A stretch of DNA of 64,000 nt. Origin: Dehalococcoidia bacterium. GTDB lineage: Bacteria > Chloroflexota > Dehalococcoidia > Lucifugimonadales > UBA1127. Where the stretch lies: positions 2,273,034 through 2,337,033 of the forward strand of contig OZ220679.1 in assembly GCA_965116355.1 (NCBI GenBank). Direction: 5' to 3'. Every line of letters begins with the position of its first letter. Position 1 is the first letter of the stretch. The position numbers and the translations under genes were made by a program. The notes under the pieces were generated by a model. That model was not told the origin of the DNA. It did not search any database and saw only the letters and a program-made list of their open reading frames with translations. Of this stretch, positions 24,959-32,618 are shown piece after piece.

Positions 24959-27900
24959 CTAGTTCGGGGTCGCCTTCTGCCCCTGCATCTGCGTTGCAAC
25001 AAGCTGCGCGTACAGCCCGCCGCGTGCGAGGAGATCCTCGTGCTTCCCCTGCTCGACGACCACGCCCTCGTCGAGCACCAGGATGTTGTCGGCGTCGCGA
25101 ATGGTGGATAGCCTGTGGGCCATCACTATCGTGGTCCTGCCGGACATGAGCCGGTTGAGGGCCTCCCGAACAGTCGCCTCGCTGATGGCGTCCAGGTGTG
25201 ACGTGGCCTCGTCGAGGATCAGCACCGGGGCGTTCTTGAGGATGGCGCGGGCAATTGCGATCCGCTGCCGCTGACCGCCCGAAAGCTGCATTCCACGCTC
25301 GCCGACGCGGGTGTCGTAGCCGTCCGGGAACGACTCGATGAACTCCTCCGCGTTGGCCTGCAGCGCGGCCTCCGCCACCTCCGAGTCAGTCGCGTCGTAC
25401 CGACCGAGCCGGATGTTCTCGCGGATAGTGTCGTTGAACAGGTAGGTGTCCTGCGCGACGAGCGCCATGCGGCCGCGCAGGTCGTCGAGCAGGAGCTCGT
25501 CCAGACTGTGGCCCTGCAAGGCAATGCCGCCCCGGTCCGGGTCCCAGAAGCGCATCATCAGATAGGCGACCGTGGTCTTGCCTGCCCCTGAACGCCCCAC
25601 GACAGCCACAGTCTGCCCCGACCCGATGCCAAAGGACACGTCGACCAGCGCCTGTGGGTCGCCGTCCGAGTAGGCGAAGGCCACGTCGTCGAAGTCGATG
25701 GACGGCGTGCCCGACCCTGCCTCGTCGGCGAGGTGCGCCACGCCGGGGCCGTCCTGCACCGGCACCGCTTCATCATGGACTGCGAGGATGCGACGGGACG
25801 CGGCCAGCGTCTCCATCATCTGCTTCATGGTGCGGGCCAGCTCTGTGACCGGGCTGAACGACGCCAGGGCCAGCACGCTGACCAGCGGCAGCTGCGCCCG
25901 CGCTATCTGCCCATCGAGCACCAGCCAGACGCCCATTGCCAGTACCGCCAGCCCGCCGAGTCCCATCATGGCCTCAATGAAGCCTATCTGGGAGGCCTGC
26001 GACTTCTGGAACCGGACCAGGTGACCGGCATAGTCCCAGCCCTTCTCCGTCAGCTCACGGCTCCGGTTGGGCCCGCGGCCGAACGCGACGATCTCCCGCA
26101 TGCCCTGGATGCTGTCGACCATGTAGGCGTGGATCTCCCCTATGCGGCCACGGATCTCCATTCCCAGCCGCTCAATGCGGGCGTTGGCGAAGAAGGGGCT
26201 GATGGCCACCGCGACGAGGAACGGGGCGAGCACCACGGCGATGGGCCACGATATGACGGCCAACGCGACCAGCAGACCGGACGGTATCAGGACCGCCACG
26301 ATCATCGGCGACACGGCGTGCGCGAAGAAGAACTCGACCGTCTCCACGTCGCCTCCGACGACGCTGATGAAGTCGCCGGAGCGACGCCGGACCATGTAGG
26401 CCGGCGCGAGCGGCTCCAACTTTTCGTAGAGGTCAACCCGCATCTTCGCCAGCAGTCTGAATGCCATGTCGTGCGCCTGCCACGACTCCAGGTAGAACAA
26501 CAGGGCCGAAAGCGGCGCGAAGACGCACACGAGGACGAGGTAGGTCGTCAGGGGCTCGTCGCGGAACACCGCCCCCACCAAAAGCGCACTGAACGCTCCC
26601 AGGAGGATGACGGAGCCATGATGGAGCAGCCCCAGGGCGAGGGTGCCCAGGAACTGGTACTTGACCGGCCCGACCAACCCGAGCAGCCTGACCCAGACGT
26701 TCAAGGAGCGGATGTTGACCGGCTCTCCGCTTTGGTGGGAGCGGGAAGGCGCGTCATGCTGATGGCCGTTGGACTGGCGCAGATCGGGGCCGAATTCGAC
26801 GGAGACGCTGGCCGGCGCCCGCTCGGGTGCGGCGAACGCGGCCAGGTCGATCATGCCCATCTGGGCCTGCTGGCGCATGAGACCGGCATAGGTGCCGTCG
26901 GCGGCCATCAGCTCGGCATGCGCCCCGATCTCCACGGCCCGGCCTTCATCCAGGACCAGGATGCGGTCTGCTTTGATGACGCTGGAAAGACGGTGAGCGA
27001 TGATGAGCGTCGTCCTGTTCTCCATGAGACGGTCGAGCGCCGCCTGGATGACGGACTCATTCTCGGCGTCCACGCTGGAGAGCGCCTCGTCCAGCAGCAG
27101 GATGGACGTGTCCTTCAGCAGGGCCCGCGCAATGGCCAGCCGCTGGCGCTGTCCGCCCGACAGCCGGACCGCTCGCTCGCCGACGACGGTGTCGTAGCCC
27201 TGAGGCAAATGCACAATGAACTCGTGGGCGTTGGCGGCCCGGGCGGCCTCCTCCAGCTCCTGCTGGGTCGCGTCCGGCTTCCCGAAGCGCAGGTTTTCGG
27301 CCACGGTGCCGTGAAACAGGTATGTGTCCTGTGTGACGACCGATATGTTGTCTCTGAGCACGTCAAGCGGGAGGTCCCGGAGGTCATGCCCCCCAAGCTT
27401 GATCGAGCCGTCCTGGGGGTCGTAGAAGCGGTACATCAGCCAGACCAGCGTCGACTTGCCGGCGCCGCTGGCGCCCACAACGCCGAGGGTTTCGCCCTTG
27501 CGCAGGTCAAACGACACGTCGTGGAGCGCGGGCCGGTGGCCGCTGTCGTATCCGAAGGTCACGCCCTCAAAGGAGACCTCCGGCGTAATGTCGGACGCAG
27601 GCTGCCTGGCGGCGGCTTCGGATTCGAGGATCGTCACCGACTCGTCCATGATGCCGAAGACGCTGTGCGCCGATGAGAGCACGGTCATGCCCTGGTGGTA
27701 GAGGTTGGTCAGCTCCCGCATGGGCCGGAACACTTCGACCCCGAGCATCAGTACGATGAGCAGAGGCCGCAGCTCCATGTCGCCGTTGCTGACGCGGACA
27801 GCGCCCACGGCCAGGGCTATCGCGGCCCCGGTGGCCATGAAGAAGATCGACGCGCCGCTGGTGGCGCTGTTGGCGGCGACCACGCCCATGGTGCTCTTGT

Positions 27901-28588
27901 AGAGGTGGTGAGCGCGCTGCGCCAGCGCCCTGCCGCGGCTCTTGCTCTGGCCAAAGGCCTTGAGCGTCGCCAGCCCCTGGACGCTGTCCAGGAAGTCCGA
28001 ACCCAGATCGCCGTAGGACCGGCGGCGCCTGTAGCTGCTGTCCCGGTTCCATCGATAGAACGAGGCGGGAACGACCAGCGCGAGGAATGCGAACAGCAGG
28101 AAGATGACCGCAATGTAGGGGTCGAGCGTCACCATGAAGGCGAAGATCGCGATGGGAGCGATGGCGGAGACGATGATCTGCGACAGGTACTGCCCGAAGA
28201 AGGTCTCCATCCGCTCGATGCCCTCTACGATGGAGAGGACGACGTCGCCGGTCCGGTTCCGGTCGGCGTACCCCGGGCCGAGCCGCAACGCGTGCTCGTA
28301 CACCTGCTCGCGCAGCCTGATCTTGACGATGTTCGCGGTGTGATGGCTTACCGCGTTCTGCCAGTACAGGAAGACGCTGCGGGCGACGATGAAGGCCGCG
28401 ATGAGCAGCAGCGGCGACGCGAGCGCAGAGAAGTCCGCCTGCCCGGTTATGACCCGGTAGATAATGACGCCGGATACGGCCAGGCGCGCAACGCCCGCGG
28501 CTACGGCAATCAGGCCCAGGGCGGCAGCGAACAGGATCCGGAACCGCACGCCGCGAGTCAGTTCGAACAATCGCCAATCAAAATACAT
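24959..28588 (-). CDS. Fused full-length ABC exporter (TMD-NBD-TMD-NBD), possibly CydD/CydC-like
   Basis: The 1209-aa protein has two type-I exporter TMDs and two NBDs. Each NBD has Walker A (GASGAGKST; GRSGAGKTT), an LSGGQRQR signature and Walker B (LLLDEA; LILDEAT). An AGGAG RBS lies upstream. The CydDC assignment is only a resemblance. Confidence 0.9.
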   Translation of the reverse strand: MYFDWRLFELTRGVRFRILFAAALGLIAVAAGVARLAVSGVIIYRVITGQADFSALASPLLLIAAFIVARSVFLYWQNAVSHHTANIVKIRLREQVYEHALRLGPGYADRNRTGDVVLSIVEGIERMETFFGQYLSQIIVSAIAPIAIFAFMVTLDPYIAVIFLLFAFLALVVPASFYRWNRDSSYRRRRSYGDLGSDFLDSVQGLATLKAFGQSKSRGRALAQRAHHLYKSTMGVVAANSATSGASIFFMATGAAIALAVGAVRVSNGDMELRPLLIVLMLGVEVFRPMRELTNLYHQGMTVLSSAHSVFGIMDESVTILESEAAARQPASDITPEVSFEGVTFGYDSGHRPALHDVSFDLRKGETLGVVGASGAGKSTLVWLMYRFYDPQDGSIKLGGHDLRDLPLDVLRDNISVVTQDTYLFHGTVAENLRFGKPDATQQELEEAARAANAHEFIVHLPQGYDTVVGERAVRLSGGQRQRLAIARALLKDTSILLLDEALSSVDAENESVIQAALDRLMENRTTLIIAHRLSSVIKADRILVLDEGRAVEIGAHAELMAADGTYAGLMRQQAQMGMIDLAAFAAPERAPASVSVEFGPDLRQSNGHQHDAPSRSHQSGEPVNIRSLNVWVRLLGLVGPVKYQFLGTLALGLLHHGSVILLGAFSALLVGAVFRDEPLTTYLVLVCVFAPLSALLFYLESWQAHDMAFRLLAKMRVDLYEKLEPLAPAYMVRRRSGDFISVVGGDVETVEFFFAHAVSPMIVAVLIPSGLLVALAVISWPIAVVLAPFLVAVAISPFFANARIERLGMEIRGRIGEIHAYMVDSIQGMREIVAFGRGPNRSRELTEKGWDYAGHLVRFQKSQASQIGFIEAMMGLGGLAVLAMGVWLVLDGQIARAQLPLVSVLALASFSPVTELARTMKQMMETLAASRRILAVHDEAVPVQDGPGVAHLADEAGSGTPSIDFDDVAFAYSDGDPQALVDVSFGIGSGQTVAVVGRSGAGKTTVAYLMMRFWDPDRGGIALQGHSLDELLLDDLRGRMALVAQDTYLFNDTIRENIRLGRYDATDSEVAEAALQANAEEFIESFPDGYDTRVGERGMQLSGGQRQRIAIARAILKNAPVLILDEATSHLDAISEATVREALNRLMSGRTTIVMAHRLSTIRDADNILVLDEGVVVEQGKHEDLLARGGLYAQLVATQMQGQKATPN

Positions 28589-28927
28589 AACTCAACTCCT
28601 GGCAGCTACGAAAGGACACTGTAGACCAGAGGCGAAGCACCTGCAACAGACCCGTCCCCGGTCCTTCGCCTGCCAAGCGACAACAGGCGGGCATGGCCGG
28701 TGGTTCCCGCAACCGTCCGGCGGTGGCCTGGATCGCATCCTTCAGGGTCCTGGTGTAGTCGATGTCTCTGCCGCAAAGAGCGTGGAATCCAGCAGCATGG
28801 AGACCTCCGCCGCCACCTCGCAGGAGCTCGGCCCGATCCCGGCCGCTGCGCTATATGCGAAACTCCCAGCGAAAACTCGCAATTCGGTCTCATATGGCCC
28901 ACCAGATCCGACCCATCAAGACTGAGT

Positions 28928-29240
28928 TCATGACGGGAAACCTGTGAGCTCGCTGCCGACTTGGGGGCGAGTGACGGAGCGACTCTGTGAGCTGGATATC
29001 AGGACCGTTGTCTCAAGCGATACGTGGCCGATAGCAGGCGACGTACGTGGAATATCGCTTGAGCGCGTCGAGGATGCAGCTCTCCTCAACGGCCTTGCGC
29101 ATGGTGAATCGATGCGCAGGTTTTCCAATTCGCCCAGATACAGCAAGCGGCCTGTGCTTGGGGGTCGCAGTGCGAGCGAAGAAGCTCGGGTTGCCCTGCA
29201 GGCCGCCTGAGTTCAAGAGACTTGTCCTCTGCGGCGCCAC
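28928..29240 (-). pseudogene. Possible decayed tyrosine-recombinase (integrase) C-terminal remnant
   Basis: One minus-strand frame reads ...ARPLRRAASSTRSSDIPRTSPAIGHVSLETTV.... This resembles the H-x-LRR-T-x-AS ... LGH-x-S-x-x-TT box II region of phage integrases. The catalytic His and Tyr are not evident, and the frame is broken relative to the upstream segment (...HRFTMRKAVEE...). Confidence 0.25.
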
Positions 29241-29286
29241 ACCTAGTAGAACGCCAAGACCGGCCGCAATCCTGAGTCCCGTTCAG

Positions 29287-29472
29287 TTAGCTGAGCATGG
29301 ACTCCACTTGCTGGGCTTCAGCGTCGCTCAACATTCGGAACACGACGAACTGGGGAGCATCTTTGGCCCAGCCCCGAACCGCCTTCCGACCATTCTTCAG
29401 GGTCACCAAACTGGGTTCCAGAATCTCGCACCTCTTGCGCAGCGGCAGGCAGTAAGCAGTCAGTCCCTCCAT
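29287..29472 (-). CDS. Hypothetical small protein (61 aa)
   Basis: ATG 29472 is preceded by GGAGGTG at good spacing. It starts 36 nt downstream of the 175-aa ORF on the same strand. I recognise no family. Confidence 0.45.
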   Translation of the reverse strand: MEGLTAYCLPLRKRCEILEPSLVTLKNGRKAVRGWAKDAPQFVVFRMLSDAEAQQVESMLS

Positions 29473-29508
29473 GGCACACCTCCGTCGATCTGTTGGCCTT
29501 TTCCCAGC

Positions 29509-30036
29509 CTAGACTTCATCCACTCTCAGGTTGTGAGGACCGCTTTGCCGCGCATCGTCCTGCAGTCCGCGCCGGCCTGAAGTCATAGCGACGACATCAT
29601 GGTCCAAGTACTCACGAATCAACTCGTTGGCCTGGTGAATGGCTTGGTCCAGCGCGTTGCGCGCCGATTCCGGTTGGGCATGGCTGACTTGAAACCCCAG
29701 CCATTGCTCCGACTGTTCCGGGTCGTCCTGCACTATCAATTGGACTTTCTTCCAGTCCCGGGCCAGCTGCCGCAACCGCTGCAGCACCCGGTCCCATTGG
29801 CTGGGTCTGGTCACCAGGCACAGGACGTAGGCCGTTCCTCCAGTGATCTCCCACCAGTCCGGAAACTCCGGGTGACCCTCGCAGGAAGAGAGAGTTTCCA
29901 CCAGATCCGTCTGGTTCAGCGTCCACACCAACTCCCTGACCCCCGGCTCCAACTGGTCGTAGTCCAGAAACCAGGGGTGCATCACCTGGACATCAGAGAA
30001 CGTCGGACGGAGCACCGCTTGTTTGAACCACCACAT
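29509..30036 (-). CDS. Hypothetical protein (175 aa)
   Basis: The ORF sits in the lower-GC patch with GGAGG just upstream. It contains ...VRELVWTLNQTDLVETLSSCEGHPEF... I recognise no family. Confidence 0.5.
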   Translation of the reverse strand: MWWFKQAVLRPTFSDVQVMHPWFLDYDQLEPGVRELVWTLNQTDLVETLSSCEGHPEFPDWWEITGGTAYVLCLVTRPSQWDRVLQRLRQLARDWKKVQLIVQDDPEQSEQWLGFQVSHAQPESARNALDQAIHQANELIREYLDHDVVAMTSGRRGLQDDARQSGPHNLRVDEV

Positions 30037-30936
30037 AAAGCCTCCGGGCCCTCAATCTCAGGCACCTGCAGGGCCACTCCCGCCTCAGGAGCAAGGTGGA
30101 CGGTGCGATACACCGCTTTCCTTCTCACCGAAGGGGGTATCTTCACTGAACGATTCAATTGTGAAGCCCCCTGCTTCCGCGCCAGGAGATCGCCTATCGC
30201 TCTTCCATGAAGAGTGACCAAACACCGGGGTTCCCAGTGAAACCATCAAGTATAGGCGTGATGTTGTGAAACACTGAAATGATACTTTATCTCATATCTT
30301 AACTTTGTAATGCAGCGGATATGTCTATTCAAGCGAGATAAGATATCAATTAGAGACGGGAGTGTCAACACCAGTAATTGCCTCTTCCCGGAGGATGCAT
30401 CTTCTGTCTTCGGACGTCAGGTCCAGGGGATGGCTGGCCCTCCAGGAAGACCAATGGCTTTGGTCGCTGCGAGAACCCCTTTGGCCGGTGACACGGAGAT
30501 GCTGACCTCGGAGATAGGCTGCACTTGGAAGATGCGTTTGCCGTCCAAGGCAGACGTTCGCCTCGGTGAGAATTCCAGGCGAAGAGTTCACAGCTCGGCC
30601 TTACACGGCGCACCGAGACGTGTCGCTCCGCGAACCGCGTTCAGGGGGATCTCTGCAAAGTCTCATCGCCGTGCAGGTTCTCGTCCGGCACGGAAATGGA
30701 GCGGGCGATGACAGCCCTTCCGGGCCTGAGCAACTCGCTCACCACCTGAGCGACGATGTCGACTGAGGCCAGCATCACCGGCGGCTCCAGCCCGGCGCCC
30801 ACCAATGTGACACGGTCAAGGCGCCTTCGGACGAGCCGCCGGTGATGTGCGGGTCCAAGGCTCGCTTACGCAGTTGCTCCAGTGCGGCCGGCGGCCCTCG
30901 AGCTCAGGACGGCCGCCGGCAATTCCTGGGTCGTGA

Positions 30937-31617
30937 CTACTGCCACAGGTCGGGGTCGGGCCGGTTCATCAGTCCGAGGCCCAGGTATCCGTACCAGATG
31001 ACCAGCAGCACGTAGAAGCTCCGGGCCAGGGAGATGAAGGTGTCGCGGCTGTCGTTGTCGAGGATGGCCACCATGAAGAAGACCATGACGGCCAGGCTGA
31101 CGAGGGCAGCCACGAGGGAGATTATTCGGTTGTAGTCGTCCCTCGTGGAGAGGCCCAAGGCGAAGATGGCGCCGCCAAAGCCGAGCGCAATCCCGCCGGC
31201 GTAGACGAGAGCGGAGCCGGCGTAGTAGACGGGAACGCTTCCCGCGATCTGTTCGCTGGATTGGGCATCGGCCAGAATGAAGTCCATACCGCCGGACAGG
31301 ATCCAGCCGGTCAGTCCGACGAATATCATGAAGAAGCCCATTTGGACCAATGCCTTGCCGTTGCCCTGCAAGGTGACGTTCCGCATCAGCGCGTACAGGC
31401 CGGAGAGGATCAGGGACAGGCCAAGGATTATCCCGATGTTGGTTACGTTGGTCAGCTCGGGGTTGCCACCCCGCGCCGTTATGGAGCCAACAGCGTCGGA
31501 CACCTTGGCGCTGTCGATCAGCAGCCCGCCCGGCTCCAAGAGAAAGAAGACGAAGGCGATTATTGGCCCGAATATGAGTGACAGCCCCGCCAACCGGTTC
31601 ACGGATATTGTGCCCAT
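30937..31617 (-). CDS. Hypothetical integral membrane protein (about 6 TM; DUF4386-like?)
   Basis: ATG 31617 is preceded by GAAGGAGG. The sequence is strongly hydrophobic with multiple predicted TM helices. Confidence 0.65.
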   Translation of the reverse strand: MGTISVNRLAGLSLIFGPIIAFVFFLLEPGGLLIDSAKVSDAVGSITARGGNPELTNVTNIGIILGLSLILSGLYALMRNVTLQGNGKALVQMGFFMIFVGLTGWILSGGMDFILADAQSSEQIAGSVPVYYAGSALVYAGGIALGFGGAIFALGLSTRDDYNRIISLVAALVSLAVMVFFMVAILDNDSRDTFISLARSFYVLLVIWYGYLGLGLMNRPDPDLWQ

Positions 31618-32150
31618 GTTTGGACCTCCTTCATGCAATGCGATTCCTTGGCTCAATCCCTCCCAGCGCACATCCTGACGCCTAAGATGGGGCATTGCAA
31701 CAGGAAAATGACCTGTCCAAACGGCAATCTCGTTCGCTGAGTTGGTCCCGTGGAGAGAGGATGCCCGGCCGGACTTGCAGCGCAGATCTGGAACTCCCGC
31801 TGGATAGCCGACAGGACGGCATGCATGAACGCACCTCGATGCGCAGGCCTGTCGTCAGTTATCGGCGTATGTGGTTGCCTTGCTTCGGACAGGCGTCTGA
31901 GCCGGGCGTGGGGCGTGCGGCCCAAAGCGTGCACATTGAGCGAAATTAGTACCTGCAATTCGTATTGCTATATTCATCATCCGCAGGACATCAAGGCTCT
32001 GGTTCCTGTCTGAGATTCTCCCTATAGCCTATATTTATTGCTTTTGACGATTCAAGGAATTACATGTAGGATGGCAAGTGACGCCACGGCTGTTAATTCA
32101 GGGCAAACATTGGTTGTTTCAGCGTCCGAGAAACTTGGGGGGAGTGAGCG

Positions 32151-32447
32151 ATGCCGAGGTTTGAGACCCTACCGGTAGACGAAGCCCAATTCAACAGCAT
32201 GACGAGCAAGCGGGCCAGGATTATGAGAGAGTACATGGCGTTCATCGAACAGGTGCCGGAGGGTCACGCGGGAAAGCTCGATCCCGCGGAGGGCGAGACG
32301 ACGAACGCCGTCCGCCGCAGGCTTGGCGCGGCTGCGTCGGCCCTCGGCAAGGCGCTGACGATTCGGAGGGTGGAAAACTCCGTCTACTTCTGGACCGCCA
32401 CCGGCAATGGCCGCAGGCGGGGACGGAGAGCGGCTGAAGCGCATTAG
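32151..32447 (+). CDS. Hypothetical protein (98 aa)
   Basis: ATG follows GGGGGGAG in an AT-richer upstream region. I recognise no family. Confidence 0.4.
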   Translation: MPRFETLPVDEAQFNSMTSKRARIMREYMAFIEQVPEGHAGKLDPAEGETTNAVRRRLGAAASALGKALTIRRVENSVYFWTATGNGRRRGRRAAEAH

Positions 32448-32618
32448 GGAGCACTTTTGCCTCGTTCATTGAGGTGCGGCTGAGATTCTCGACTGACCGA
32501 GCAGCAGGCGCACCACGCGAAACCGGTACGAAGTGCATGTGTAAAACGTTCTAGCCGCCAGGTAGTTTGTGCTATTGTGTTCGGCGAACGCCCGTGATTC
32601 TGCTGGGAAGCGGCGGAG

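Noticed and set aside
25733-27676. A 647-aa plus-strand ORF, with other long ORFs (27567..28577 minus, 27695..28624 plus) inside the ABC exporter.
   Set aside because: These are alternate or antisense frames of the 1209-aa ABC exporter, which has complete Walker and signature motifs. Their translations are Arg/Pro/Gly/His-rich with no domain-like features.
30310-30711. A 133-aa plus-strand ORF and overlapping minus-strand ORFs (30346..30591, 30365..30613) in the AT-rich core of the accessory patch.
   Set aside because: They have no RBS, mutually overlap in several frames, and have a Ser/Arg/Pro-rich composition. They were judged non-coding.
30641-30865. A start-less minus-strand open frame reading ...DRVTLVGAGLEPPVMLASVDIVAQVVSELLRPGRAVIARSISVPDENLHGDETLQRSP.
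   Set aside because: It looks like protein-coding debris, but it lacks a credible start or RBS, is bounded by an upstream in-frame TAA, and is too short to assign. It is treated as part of the decayed accessory patch rather than a feature.
32448-32618. A possible purine riboswitch upstream of the NCS2 (xanthine/uracil-type) permease.
   Set aside because: No UAUAAU...CUACC...GACUA-type purine aptamer core or three-way junction is evident. The region shows only weak secondary-structure potential.
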